Origin: Trichodelitschia bisporula
Lineage: Eukaryota
Reading direction: 5' to 3'
Assembly (NCBI GenBank): GCA_010356995.1
Contig: ML996687.1
Coordinates: 311,803-375,802 of the forward strand
DNA length: 64,000 bases
Under the pieces are notes generated by a model. It was not told where the DNA came from. It searched no databases and was given only the letters and a program-made list of their open reading frames with translations. Below, one piece after another: positions 25,721-39,798 of this stretch. Within the stretch, counting starts at the first letter, position 1; each line of letters opens with the position of its first letter. Both the position numbers and the translations under genes were made by a program.

Positions 25721-26223
25721 GGGTAGCTTTGTTTCGGCGTACGGCAGGAATTGAGGTTACAAAAGTCATAGAGCGGGACGGTATGTAGTAACTGGCCCGA
25801 GCTCTTTGCCTTGCTTCATTGGGTTTGTGCAATGTGATATGGAACATGACCATGGTTCGGACACTGCAATGTGATGGTTGAACCCTATTTCTTCGTGCTT
25901 TGCAACGTGACAATCCAAGGATGTGTATTTCGATGTTCACGCGGTCTGGCGGCGCTCAGGAATGAGCAGGATCTCCCGTATGTGCGTTTTGATGCTTGAA
26001 GACATCTACGCGGTTCCATGTCTGCCTGCGTACGTGAACGGCGTGGCCCAGGGTTATCTGCAAGCATAAAAAATGTGACAAATGATCCAAATTGCTGGAG
26101 GAAGATTTGCCATCCGACCATGCGTCCAAGACGCCGGAGGTTACTCTAAGCTACACGCCTCTGCAGAAATACATATATTGGATCCACATCACGCCGGACA
26201 GGAGCACAGGAGTTTTGGTAAAT

Positions 26224-27057
26224 TTACAACTGGTCCCGGAGCAGCTTGTTCATCTTCGACATCTTGGCGGAGACACTCAGGTCAATGGTGCGGTCGCCAA
26301 TCTCAACGATAAGTCCGCCGCGGATATCCGGGTTGACCTGTGCCGGTCAGAAGGGAGACATATAGAGGCTAAAAGGAGCATACCTTCGGGACAACCTTGA
26401 GCTTCTGGCCCTGACCAATGTACTGGGACTTGGAGATGACGTTCTCGAGCTGGCGGATGACACGGTTGTCAAGGGGCTACAGTATATTAGCCTCGCATAC
26501 ACGCAGCGAAAATATGCACATACCGCCGCGCTGGTGACGATGAGCTCGACCTCACCACGGTACGCGCTCATAAGCTGAGCGAAATTCGCACACACGGCAT
26601 CCAGAGCGCCGAGACGGTTGTTCTCAGCAAGCGTCGTGAGCAGGTTCTTGACGATGCCCTCCTTGTCCGCTGAAATGTGCTTCTCCAGCTCAGCAATGAC
26701 CTTGTTCTTGTCCTCGAGCGACAGGGTGGGCGCCTCGAGCACAGTGTGCAGCTTGGGATCCCTCTTGAAGACCTGAGCGAGCGTCTCCATGGACTTAGCC
26801 GTAGGCTCAAGGACCGCCGACTTAGCCGCCGCAGTGTACTGCACATAATCAGCTGGAACGCTCCCAAAGCGACTAATTGCCTTCTAGACACCCGGATTGA
26901 CCCACCAGAGCAGAAGCGTAGGTGCCGTCGATGCCGAACAAGGCAATGGGCGGCTTCGTCGAGGTTTGCGCGGCGGCTTGGGCGTAGGCGCGGATGGTGG
27001 TGGGGGTGTGCGAGGAGGCGCGCTGGGCGGCCCGCGCCGCTGTCCGGGCTGCAAGCA
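26224..27057 (-). CDS. ATP5: Mitochondrial ATP synthase subunit 5 (OSCP), multi-exon
   Basis: Arg/Ala-rich presequence, KPPIALFGIDGTYASALYTAAAK, LAENNRLG, VNPDIRGGLIVEIGDRTIDLSVSAKMSKMNKLL. Confidence 0.96.
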
Positions 27058-27543
27058 TCGTGTGTGAGAGATGTAGAGGGTCAATGGCGGGGTGGGCGGC
27101 GGATGTGGGTGGGCGGAAGATCGTGATGCTGCTGAGCTTGTTGTGTCGTTCTCGGCGAGAAAGTCCGACGACTGGGTGACTAAGCGGGCTCAGGTAGCCG
27201 AGCAAGGTGGTAAGGCTGCAAGGCAGCAACTCTGTCCATCGCAAATCAGGTACTTTGTGACATATCTGAACATTTTAGAGGAGAGTCATCTGGCTTACGG
27301 CATGTAGAGCAGTGTGATCATGCGTAGAGCAAGCTTGGACAATTCTGCTGAAGTGAAGATCTGTGCCATGTTGCTTGTAAGGTTAGACGGTAAGCCAGAA
27401 AACAAAAAATCGCCCAATGCGAGGCGCGATATCAGACTTCAAGATGAAGAACTTGACGTTGTGATTGTACACTCTAGTTCAAATCTATCAAAACATATTA
27501 TCAGAACTCCCAGGACTCCAGTCCGTAATAGCACCGTCCTCCA

Positions 27544-29032
27544 TCACACCTGTCGGCAAAAGTCTCTCCCATGCTGGACCTGCCAGTTACACAACCAGAC
27601 CTCGAACGCCATACCTAATAACCCAGCAATGCAGATGCCACCGGAGTCACTGACACTTGTGGCTCCAAGACTGAACTCGCGGTCCTCTCGGGGTACATTG
27701 TCAGTGATTTCAGCAAAGGTGCTGACATACACAAGACCACCGAGCAAGCCTTCCCAGAAGAAAACAATGAATACAAGGTACACGTTAGGGATGAAGTTGA
27801 ACAGCGCATGGAGCGTGAGTAGCGCAAGGTTCAACACCTGCAGCAGGGATGGGGAGTAGAGGTGATGGATGCGGATAAAGGGCGTTGAAGAGCGCGAGAC
27901 GAACACGCCTATCTGATATATAGCGTTGTACGTTGGGTAGAAAGCACGGTATTGTTGGAATGGTGTGGTCTCAAGGGGGAACAGTAACGTAGGAGCAACA
28001 CCTTGGTTGATGGTGTATTCGGCAACGTAAACGAGTAAAAGAGGAAGCATGCTGTAGGCTGTTAGCAATGCACGGATCTGGTGGCTAACACATCATACTA
28101 AGGGAAAAACAGCTTTCGAGCACGCAGCAAGTTGCGCTTGAAGGTTTGCAGCGGAGTCGAGGAGCTGCCCGGGCCCGCCCGGGCCATGGAGGCGACTGAC
28201 GTAGCTAGCAGGCCATCGTATTCCAAAAGAGTAGGATCGTCAGTATCCAGGACGTCGTCGCCGGATTGATCCGGCTCGCTAGTTTGAATAGCCTCGTACT
28301 CTGCATCCCGCTGCTTAAGGGGTCCGAGGGGCAGAATGGCAAAGAAGCTCAGAACCATGACAAGCGGTAGGAACGAAAAGGTAAGGAGACTCGTCCTTAC
28401 GCTCAACCCAAGGATCGTAGTCGCTAACACATAAGCTCCAGCACCGATAAGCCCGGCACCGCCAGTTCCACTCCCCCAAGCTGCAAGACTGAAGTGCCCG
28501 TAATAGTGCGTAAGGCTTAGGAAACTCAGTTCGCCTGCCCCGCTGCTAAGACTAGCCAGCATAACTCCGACCATCTTCAGTGTAATGCTGGCTGCGTCAT
28601 GGGACGGGGGTGTAAGGGCGATCAAGAGCATTCCACATGTTGAAACGACCACGAAGGCCACGATACGGAGGGGATACGGGACAACATGAATGAAGTAGGG
28701 TGCGATGAGCTTGGTCACGAAACTGGTGCTGTTAGTTACGCACTGGAGATACGAGGGCATAGCTAACCTGGGGGCAACATCGGCGAGAAGGACGACGCCT
28801 TTGGGAACTGAAGGGCCAACGAGATCAAGCGCAGCAGACAAGATGATTACATAAAGGACGTTGTTGATCAAGCCTAAGTGACAGACTGGTAAGTGTCGGG
28901 TGCTCTCGGCAGGGCTTATTGGAGCGTACCAAACAGCCAGAAGGCAATGCAAACTCGTAGATCTGCCCCGTCAAACGTGGCCTTGAGGCGTGCCTTGAGG
29001 CGGGGCCATGAGGCAGACGGCGGTCCAGGCAT
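27544..29032 (-). CDS. BTN1: Btn1/CLN3 (battenin) family vacuolar membrane protein, multi-exon
   Basis: [97 protein letters not shown]. Confidence 0.96.
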
Positions 29033-30112
29033 GGAGGTGACGGAGGTCAAAGGTCGGCCGTTAAGCAGCTACTGTCTGAGTCGAATCTGAGCAGAGCCAG
29101 CATCCTCTCTACAAAGCTGAGCGAAGAGGCAGCGGTATGTAAAACGTTAAGGCAAAACTTGCTCGGCGACAGACATCCAGACTGGTGACTGCACTATCAC
29201 AGGTGTCGTTCTGAATATCTATACCAAGGGTACGTACGATCGTAGATCGTACCTCCGTAGATGACGGGGAGAGAGGACGACCAGGTGTGGCGTGCAGCTT
29301 CTGTGGCGGTTGATGGCTGAAGAGAGTATAAGTGTGGCGTTAGGTGGGCGAGAAAGTCGTGAACCCTGACATGCCGTGCAGAAAGGACAAGGGAGTATGA
29401 TTGGGGAGAAGGCGGCGGCCAGTGACGCAGAAGAAACTTTCGGTCAGGGAAAAAAGTTTCGAGCTTTCCCTCCCCCGCGCAACTGCCAAAAAGGCGTGAA
29501 TCCTTGCCCCTTTTAGGCTTAAGATGGGGGATGCAACTGGGAGGGGCTTGCAACAGCTTGTTCGTCGCTCTGGAGTCTTGGCTGATGCGACTTTCGCTGC
29601 CCACACTTGACTTTCTGCCGCCATCCGCCGTCGGGAATGCGGTGCCTGGTGTGGATGTCCCTGCCCCAGTTTGATCCACTTGCATGGCCCGCCCGTCCGC
29701 AACGCCGCGCTCTGTCCACCGTCCGTGCTCCCAAGCCCCAAACCCGCCTCTCCCTCTACCGTAGAACTAGTTCTATTCTCTCTCTCACCTTCTTTCGCTC
29801 CTTCAAACTATCTCAACCTTCCATCTATCCTCAACTACATTCAGCCGAAACGCCCTTATCTTGTCTCTATCTTAACCGCTTCGCCTTCCTCGCACCCCCA
29901 GCTTTACCACCTTCGCACCTGCAACCCGCCTTCCTCCCCTCCTCCTTTGCAACTGATCTTTCGTTGCGTTGTCGCCCGCAAATAGCTCACCTCCCAAGCT
30001 CACATGGGCACACGCGTCTCAGCCCAACAGTAGCTCCAGCTGCTCACTTCCCGACTCTACACATCTCTCCTTTCCGATACATTTCTCCAGCGTCCTTCCA
30101 ACTCGTGTCACC

Positions 30113-33100
30113 ATGGATCCGCGACACGGACACACCTACTCTCGCTCGCAAGACCGTCTGATCCAAAACCCAAATCATCAGCAAGCACCGGCGCAACCCG
30201 CTCCACCTCCCTCACAGTCCGCTTTCTATCAACCACTTTCGTCGCAGCAGCCTCCAGTACAAATACCCTTCTCCGATCCATTTCAGCGACGCGCTCCCGA
30301 CCCGTTCCTGCTAAATTCACAAGCATCGCGACGCGGGAGCTATGGTCCGCAGCCGGGACGAGAACCGCCTTCGAGCGTGCATCCTGATCGGCCTCCGCTC
30401 ACTGCGCCCTGGCCTGGTCCATCAGGTACGCATCTTTCCTTGGTACATATACACACGATAGGCATGACGGGTGAGGCGTGTTTCCGGAACACATACGAGC
30501 GATCGCGTTCTCCATGCGCCTTTTTACCGTCAGGCACGAAATGCGGCAAGGTTTCGCTCTGTGTCCACAACTGTTTTGGCGCAGCTTAGGGTCCTTGCGA
30601 CAAAGGTCGCTCGCCTGCGTGTGCCTTAGGATGGTACCTCTGTCTCATGCGAGTCTTTGGGAATTCCGGGTCGCTTAGGGTTGACTGGCGCGACATGCAC
30701 GGACCCTGACGTGGCTTGACACCCCCACACTTTGGGGCTCGAAGCCTCCATACGCTGACGTTTCTCCAGGTTCAGGCACCTCGACACCTCAGCATCCCCA
30801 CCACCACTCTCAGGCTGCACCACCGCCCCCTCTCCCCCCATCGCTTCAGTCTGGCCTTGCTGGAAGCAATCAATCTTCCTACCCCTACGATTCCAACCGT
30901 CGCCGTTCTCTTGGGGGTCATACATCGCCGAGATACTATGGGAACAGTATGAACGCCTCGATGTGAGACAGAGTCTGAACTAATCCCTTTTTCTCATCAG
31001 ATACGAACGATCAACCTCCACCTCCGCCGTCCTCCTTTGGAAGTCGTCAAATGCCTCCACCCTCACCGTCTCAGCAGACATCCACCATGAATTATTCGGG
31101 ACCGCGTGCACCACATCCACCTTTTGCTGGCGGACGGGAGCTGCCTGGAATAGGCTCGTCCCACCGCAGTAGCGGATCTGGTGGCATGTCCATCTCGTCC
31201 ATGTTGGGGAATGATGCTCCCCCTACGCAAGCACCGCCTCCACTTCAACACTCCCCGCCCGCCACAACACAATCACCGAATATACCTGCGATGCAACCTC
31301 CGTCGCCTCGTCGCGGATACTCCTCAGGGCCGAGAGTAGATTACGCGTGGCGGCGACCACAGACACCGGAAAGGCATCCTGCCCCGTCAGCATTCCGCCA
31401 GCCTGAAAGTACCTACGCTGCGGGCTCGTCTCCCCGACACTTTTCGGCCGCGAAGGGTTCGCCAGACTATCCGCGCTCAGACGCTGCCCACATACCCCAT
31501 TCGTATCCTACGTCTGTGCCACATGGTGCCCGGCCTTACCAACCGCCTCACGACGTGAACGAAAGAGAAATACACCGCCAGCCTGACGAACGTGCTCCTC
31601 CGCGTCCAAGCAGCCAACCTGTGGGACTGGGTCCAGTTCGTGATAGTGCGCCACGTGAAGACGCGCATGCTCGACCGCCGCATTCATATGCCGCTTCTCC
31701 TCTATCTCGGCGCCCCGACGATTCGCGGCAAATGGCGTATGCTGAGCGCCACCTTCCTTCCGACAGGCCCGTGACCGCCGAGCCGCTTTCACATTCCGTG
31801 TTTAGCCCGCCCCGAATTCCGAAGCAGGATGCTATACGCCATGAAATTCCGGGGGGACAACGGCACTCTTTTAGCCAAGAGTTACGGGATGAAAATTCCA
31901 GGGACGGAAATTTGATACGGCGTGAGGAATATCCGCAGCACTTGCGAACTGCAGGTGGATTTAGACCACAGTACATGCCGTCCCACAACCCAGCGCATGC
32001 TCCGCTCTCAGCAGCGGAAGCGCCCCGAAGTCATCCACAAGGAATGGATCCATTCCGTCGGTCCATTGAACAGCATCCGCCTACTGGCGTGAGTCAAGAA
32101 CACCGTGCCCGCTCACATAGGACGCCAGATCGCATGGCAATGGCCTATAATCAGCATTTGGAACAGCAACAGCAGCAACAGCAACACCAATCTCAGCCAC
32201 CGCAACAGCAGCCGCACCATCAGCCTCAGGAACGGAGAAATGATGAGACCCCAGCTTCCGGCCACCCCAATTTTCATGCCACGGATCTTCGTCGCACTAC
32301 ATCCTACGAGCAACACCCTCGACAATCGCATCCACCCCATCCACATAGATCCGGCGAAGAAATGCAGCGGTCCCGCTCATTCCTCAGCCTTATGGAATCG
32401 CACAAGCGGGGGCGTGCTTCGCCCCTGCCCCAGGCGGTACAGGGTGCTCAAGCCCAGAGTATAGGACCTAATGCTGATCCAAGCATAAAAAGTGAATTTG
32501 GTCGCATCTTTCAGGGACTAGGCAGCGGACTCGGAGGGCACATCCCTGGTGTATCCACACCATCCAGGCAAAGTCCGATGCCACAACGCCTCTCCACGGG
32601 TGGCTTGGCCGACGGTGAAACTGTCATGCTTAGTGATAATGATGGTAGAATGGTTAGGATGGGGTCCGCGCGCGGGATGGGAGCCGCGGCGAAGACCCTC
32701 AAATCTCGCCGAGTCAAGGACGAAGATGTGCGAGGTGAGGGTGAGGATGGCCGTCGAACACCGATTGGAAGAGGTTCGAAACGAGCAAAGACCACCCATC
32801 ATCATCATCACCATATTCATGCTCCAGTACGGGGGTAAGTACTTTACCGGTTTTGATGCGCTTGTTTTAATGCAGTATGACGTGCAGGGGCTTACTCGGG
32901 ACCACTCACAGACATCATGCTCCTTTGTTATCACAAACACCACGCCCGGACGAGGAGCTTTCTCCTGGCAAGTTCCCCGGGCCTCCTTCGGGGGCGGCCC
33001 ATCACCACCACCATCATGTCCAGCCAGCGCATCACCACCACCATCATCACCATCACCATACACCTCGTGGAGCTGCATCGTCCTCAACCGTAGTTCCACA

Positions 33101-33926
33101 TGTCCCTGCTCCCAAGCCAGCGCTCAAAGTCAACTCTCAAGCCGTTCTGGATGCGATCGAGGACAAACCGCGCAATCACCTTGGCAGCGAACTTTACGAG
33201 CCAGAAATTAGTCTCCCGCCTACTGCGACAACGCCATTGGGCTCAAAGTTTGGGTTTCAGCTGCAGTATAAGCCTTCCCGTGTGTTCACAGAAAAGGATC
33301 TCAACTGCACTTTCACCATTCGCGTGCCACGGTTCTACTTAGCGCAGCATACACGAGAAAAAGTATGTCTGGACCGAAATGTTTTTGGTACAGAAGTCTA
33401 CACCGATGACTCGGACCCCTTGGCTGCGGCCATGCATGCGGGTTGGATCCGCGGCGCGTGGGATGAGTCCTATGATGTCAGTCTTCTGGATATCCCAGAT
33501 GAGAGCCTGAATCGCGCCGACGATGATGTCGACGAAAATAATGGTGTGCTCGAAGTTATGACCGCGCGCCCCGCAGCTCCGGTCACACCACCCAGTAACC
33601 GAGACCTGCAAATCACGATAGTCATTGCGCCGAAGTTAGAGAAGTACAAGGGCACGACTCGATTCGGCGTTGCCAGTCGGTCCTGGGGCGGGAATCATGA
33701 CGGGCTCAGCTACATGATCCTGCGCGTGAGATGGGTGGATGAAGGCCTGAGCCGTGGGTTTGGAAGGAGTGGCGAAGCGCGCCGCAAGAGGTTGAAGGAG
33801 GCCTTCGAGGCGGAACGTAAGGTTCTTCAGGGCTTGCGGGCTGCCGAGCCTGAGGAAAAGCGAAGGAAAGTTGCGAGAGTCGACGGCGTGGCTAGAGGTG
33901 CGCAGGTGATGCAAGCGGCAGCCTGA
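30113..33926 (+). CDS. RXT3: Rpd3L histone deacetylase complex subunit Rxt3-like protein; introns 30426..30769, ~30947..31000, 32835..32887
   Basis: Long Pro/Ser/Gln-rich N-terminus, RASPLPQAVQGAQ, IKSEFGRIF, His tracts, and an Rxt3 domain NCTFTIRVPRFYL...VFGTEVYTDDSDPLAAAMHAGWIRG...SRSWGGNHDGLSY. Confidence 0.88.
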
Positions 33927-36558
33927 GCTGGTATCTTTTGGTAGAAGTGTTGGAACTAAGTGCGCAATCGTGTTCAGGTTACTTTCTGGTTGGAGTAGCC
34001 TGAAATGCTGCTGCTGCTCTACTTCGGTTGTGTTGGACGGTAAATTGAATTACTTTTGGGAATGTGGACAACCTAGGCCAGAAAATGGTCATGACATCGT
34101 TGTGGTTGTGATCATGCATATCAATTGCACCGGCATTGGACACGGCTTGATGATATTTACTTTCAGGACCGTCCATCAGGCCGTTGTCGAACGGCTCGCA
34201 AAGGGATGGAGATGGTCGATGGTGGTGCTTCAGCCACATCGCCAACCCCGCAGGCCACCCTTGAGCGTAACCCCACTGAGTCAGAACCCCCACCATGAAG
34301 GACGGGATGTACGGAGTATAGGCAGTTAACTGCTTATGTTCCTAGCCCTTGATGATGAATGGGGGTAAGCGTCAATTGTTTTTGCAACTTCAACTTTCGT
34401 GAAGCATTGAAAGAGTGGGCTAATGATTGCACATAGGGTAGTGTCCTACCCCACTTCCCCATTATTCAGCCTCTCATTTAGCCACGCAGCTGGAGGCGTT
34501 TACGCAAAGGGACTAAAATGGCCGAGAGATAGCTCGATAAGGCGGTGAGGCTGGAACTGAATCACTCCTATCGCGTCATCGCGACGGTCGAGATAGTATG
34601 TAACCTAGAGCCATCTGCGCGCATTTTTGTGATTCCACCATTTCGTCCATCTCATCTTTTGTCGTCCTCATTCAGCTTTTGGCAGTGACTTCTCTCGCAG
34701 TTAAGGACGTCACCGGTCTGAATTTCTCAGTCCCTTACCCGTACTTCTCGATCTGGTGAAAAGGTGGGACGTTTTCAACTCGAGAAGAGAGAAGAGATCT
34801 GGACTGGGCGGACGAGATCCTAGCGGGATCGGCGATAGCCAGAGTTGGGGACTTTAGAGGGGAAGCCGCAACAGCGAGACAGAAGTCATAGGATCATTGC
34901 ACCACGCAAAGCGACCCGGAACAACTGGCCCCGAGACCCAAGACTTGAACTATCGCATTCGGAGTACCGTAGCACCCCAGAGTATGTACACTTCCCCTTC
35001 GTACAGAATGCAGCATCATTCACGGATCTTGAATTGATTGACTAGGTCGGCTTTCCGTCACACGTATACGGTATTCTGCTTCCGAGACTGCCGCAAAGTC
35101 TACTGTACTCTGCCACCACCTTCTTGCAACCCTATCGCACGTATATAAACTATCGGCATCGCAAATTCGTTATAGATATACCGGTATATTCTACAGCATC
35201 AATCATGGCAGTAACAGCATCGCGGCCTAAGGGGCATGTCCGTACTTATTCAATGGGTCTAGTAAGTCAACTTCGTTGTTTGTTTTCTTATCCTTAAAGC
35301 GCTCCCCATTCCTTGTTTGCGGGGCGAAGTGCCCAAGTATCTCTTCAAGACATCTCGACCAGTCGCTACCGTATGCCGCGTGCCCTGTACCTGTACGGCT
35401 CGACATATGGTACGCCTTTAATGGTCGACGGATGTGCGTCCGACAGCCTTCCCTCGTGAGCCTTATGAACGAAAGGTCACCCCACTTTCTCATCCCCGCT
35501 ATGCTCCTCGGAAGCGATTTTCCTCGGCGCGTGCCGGCTCTCGGTGAGTGCTGTTGGCTAGTTCTAGTGGCGTCACGGGCCAGAGATCAGTCGCACTTGC
35601 GCATGCTTTTCTACCCTTCCCCCACCACCCCCGGCCTCATTGTCTATCGCACGCTCTCCTCTGTCGTCAGCAGTAGCGCCAGCGCCAGTGGGAGCACGAG
35701 AAGCCAGAAGCACGGTTGCCATCAATCTCTATCACGGAAAGCACAATTCACCACCGCTCAAGCAGAGAGCTGCCCTCCCTGCCGACGTGCTTTACCGGCT
35801 CACCGCATCTACCCGACCGTCCACTTGCAGGTGGCCGCTTCTGCGCGCACAAATCTCTTTCGCCTTGCTGCAAAGCTCAGACAAAGAGTGCACTCCCACT
35901 CGTATATTGCATTGCTACCGCTGCTAGCCAAACTCCCCACAACTCGGAGCTCTTTACTTTCATAATTCCTCACATCCTTCCCCCTCCGATTTTCTCCGGC
36001 AGCCCGGCGTGCCAGAGGAGCGCTCCCTTGCGCGTCCAGCGTTCCCGCATCCTCTCGGCCGCGCCAGTTTAGCAGCATTCGCCTACCCCGTCCCTTCTTT
36101 GCCTAGACGGGCTCGAATGCGGAGAAAGGCTGTGCTGTCCGGGCCCACGGAGCCGTGCAGTTATAGCAGCGACACGAGAGCAGCCTGAGCATTAGCTCTA
36201 CGAGAGTACCTCGCCTGCTGAACCTCTCCATATCCTCTGACATACCCATTGGCACAAGAGGACGACAAAGTCGACGCCGAGACCATAACGCATCTGTGCA
36301 TTACCCAGTCAACACTTTGTCGGGTCTGCATCTTGCCGATAGCACACCCCCGCAACACTTCTTCTCGGCGGCGATTGCCTTGCAGCGACGTGGCTCTCGC
36401 TTGCCTTTCACCTTCCCCTTCCCTTTCCTTGGAGCTTCACTTGCGCATTCCAAAGCGGACATCCTCCACAACGACCCAGACCTCCATCCTCCCGCGCGGC
36501 CGTGTATCATCACTTGAGCTCCTCATATCACCATTCTTTCTGCTACACTTCTAACAAA

Positions 36559-38144
36559 ATGGCCGTTACGGACTCTTTCCGCGCTGACATGCGTCGTGTT
36601 CCCACTGGAGACCTAATTCGACCGTCGCGGAAGACTAACGGTGCTGGTGTCCAGGGAGAAGATACGCGCATTTGCGTGGTCATGGTCGGGCTTCCTGCTC
36701 GTGGCAAGAGCCTCATCGCGCAGAAGGGTACGTACTCGTCGGGCGTTTCATCGTAGTAGTTGAGCTTGATTGACGGCGCTAGTGGTTCGGTATCTCCACT
36801 GGCTTTCAATCCCCGCCAAAACCTTCAACGTGGGCCAATATCGCCGTACTGAAACCCCGACTCCCTCAGCTGAGTTCTTCGACACCTCGAATACGGAGGG
36901 TGAGCGCCTGCGTCGCGCGGCAGCCGAGGCGGCTATCAACGATATGTGCAAGTGGTTCCGTGAGGGTCGCGGTCTGATCGCGATCTTCGACGCTACGAAT
37001 TCAGTCAAGTCGCGTCGTCGCTGGATCCAGGACCGCTGCCAGGCCGAGGGCATAGACACGCTCTTTGTGGAGTCGAAATGCGACGACGAGTCTATCATCA
37101 TGAGCAACATCCTGGAGGTCAAGACTACCAGCCCGGATTACGTCGGCCAGGATCCTGAGGTTGCTGCGCAGGACTTCCGCGACCGCATTCGCAACTACGA
37201 GAAGGTGTACCAGACGCTCGACGAGGACGAGGCGGACTTGACCTACGTCAAGTTGATTGACGTCGGCAAGCATGTCATCATCAACGGTATCAAAGACTAT
37301 CTCCAGAGCCGCGTTGTCTACTATTTGATGAACCTGCACATCAAACCCCGCTCCATCTGGCTGTCTCGGGTATGTACTTTGTCGCGTGCCCCGTTGCTTT
37401 TTCTGGGCTGGACCCCTGTTCTTGGCGATCCACTTTATCCAGACCTCACCTCACCCTGACTTTCTGTGGCTAATATTATCACAGCACGGCGAGTCTCGCT
37501 ACAATCTCGAGGGCAAACTTGGTGGCGATGCAGACATCTCCGACCGCGGCGAGATGTACGCCCGCGCTCTACCTGGCCTCGTCAAGCAGTCCGTTGGCGA
37601 CGGTCGCCAGCTCACCGTCTGGACATCCACCCTGAAGCGCACCATCCAGACCGCTCGATTCCTCTCCTTCGAAAAGCTTGAGTGGAAGGCTCTTGACGAA
37701 CTGGACTCCGGTGTGTGCGATGGTCTTACCTATGCGGAAGTCGAAGAGCGCTACCCCGAGGACTTCGTTGCTCGTGACGAAGACAAGTACAACTATCGCT
37801 ACCTGGGCGGAGAGTCCTACCGCGACGTGGTCATTCGTCTGGAACCTATCATTATGGAGCTCGAACGCAGCGAGAACATCCTCATTGTCACGCATCAGGC
37901 CATCCTCCGTTGTATCTACGCCTACTTCATGAATGTGCCTCAGGAGCGCAGCCCGTGGATGGACATCCCGCTGCATACCCTCATCAAGCTGACGCCGAAG
38001 GCTTACAGTACCCTGGAAGAGCAGTTCAAGGCGGACATCCCGGCTGTGAGCACTTTCCGGGAGAAGGGGAGCAGCGCGAAGCATCAACACTCCTCCGGCT
38101 CCAGCCCTAGTGTGACTGCGAGCAACGGTAGTGGTGCTCACTAA
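36559..38144 (+). CDS. FBP26: 6-phosphofructo-2-kinase/fructose-2,6-bisphosphatase; introns 36728..36782 and 37370..37484
   Basis: Kinase P-loop VMVGLPARGKS, FNVGQYRR, FDATNS. The histidine-phosphatase RHGES is formed across an intron. Also WKALDELDSGVCDG and GESYRDVVIRLEPIIMELER. Confidence 0.95.
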
Positions 38145-39687
38145 ATCGACACAATGATGGAAGGGTCTCATGGCGTAGGCGTTTATCTCACCTGGGAGTT
38201 CCTGTACACTTAATGATTCCACTATGGGCTCTGGCAGGATGCACTGCTGGATACTTAGGGGCTGATGACTTGAATGACAAAGGTACGATTCTTTCCAACT
38301 CCACCATGATCGTCTGTCGCTTTCCATTATGGAATGAGCGGGTTTGTCAACCCGGGCTGCTCTGAATGTTTGCATGTTTGTTATTTTCCTTTCGGTTGGC
38401 ATGTGCTGATCTTTGAGCAGGGCGCAATGGGACTCTATACTCGTAGACAGATCGGACCAGAATACGACATTACATAGAATTGATGCTTTCAAACCATGTC
38501 ACGTGCAATTGCTCCCCGACGAGTCGAATGTTTGCCTGCGTAGTATGACTAGATGTCTATCCGTGCCTTTGAACGGAAGCTCTGATTTTTCTTCAAGGGT
38601 TGAGTTTGTGCCTTTCGCCAGTGAAGACTGATGACCTCTAGACTTGCTATTTGCGAAGAGAAGAAGGCTGGGTTGCCTCTTAAATTGAGGTGCTGTGGGT
38701 GGTCCCTTCCGACATGTCAAGTGTATTTAACTCCCTTTCAATCCCCACCTCCAGTGATGCTACCTACGTAGGATATATCGGCTTTGAACTGTTATTGCTT
38801 CTCAGAAGCGGCTTTGCTCCTCGGATACACCACCCATTTCAGCCAGACTTTAGGCAATTTCCGACACTAATATTCAGGTTGCATCCTGCTCCCTCACCCA
38901 TATAACCTGGGGTATTTGCACTTCAGCTCATATATACTATCCCGCCACTGACCGACAGTCTTGGCTCAGGAATGATGGGCTGAGTTCAGGAAAGGTCGAC
39001 GACGTTCCTTCTCTGAGCTTAAGTCGGCAAAATGTTCCGACATCTATGGTGAGTCGGGATCACTTCACTGTTGGCGTCGATGTGATGATCGTGTGTTGAC
39101 CCAGTCCGCAGACAGTATCGAGCTCATATTCTGCCCGTCGCTAAAATATTACTCGTGGAGCGCCGCCCTGACTCTGGAAACTCTCCGCAGGGGAGGACTA
39201 CATCGTGTCACAGACGCCAAAGCCACCAGGGTTGTCCGAGCTATCATCGTCCAAAAGGCTGAGGGCAACCACCCATTGGTATAAGTCAGCCTGAAGCCCC
39301 AAATACCCCTGAAAGACAACGACATATGCGTACTTTCGTCCCATCCCCCACGAGGCGGCTTGCTCAGCTCCCCACGAGGCCGGCAGAACTGCAGAGACAG
39401 GAACACCATGGAAGACCTCAAGCTCCGTGCCTGGTGCAATCGACCACACCGCGAGGGTCAAAGCTTCCACTCGTTGCTGTGCCGTTGTCGATACCAGCCG
39501 CGGTGCCCGCACGGCCTGTGCTCTTGGCGGTTTGTAGACTCCTCTTCCAGCAACCAGACCATCGAACGGCCCGCGCCTTCCCCCGGAGCAAACAACTTCA
39601 CGATGGCCAAGGCTTACACTCTGCTTCGTGGTCTTCGCCATTCACATGGTGGTTTGTGCTTCCACTGCTCCTCGTGGTACTATTTAA

Positions 39688-39706
39688 CCCCCCCCCCCCC
39701 CCCCCC
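39688..39706 (+). repeat. C19 homopolymer just after a TATTTAA element, upstream of the orphan gene
   Basis: TATTTAA, then 19 C, then a CT-rich tract. Confidence 0.85.
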
Positions 39707-39798
39707 TCTTCTTCTCCTCCTCCTCTTCTTCTTCAGTGCACCTCGAAGACCACATACTTGATTATTTTGTTAGCTTTTCAGCGTTTCCAATTTTCAAG

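Noticed and set aside
33970..36550. ORFs in the long RXT3-FBP26 intergenic region (e.g. 35276..35965)
   Set aside because: They have non-ATG starts, no motifs and no consistent exon structure; most likely promoter or 5'UTR.
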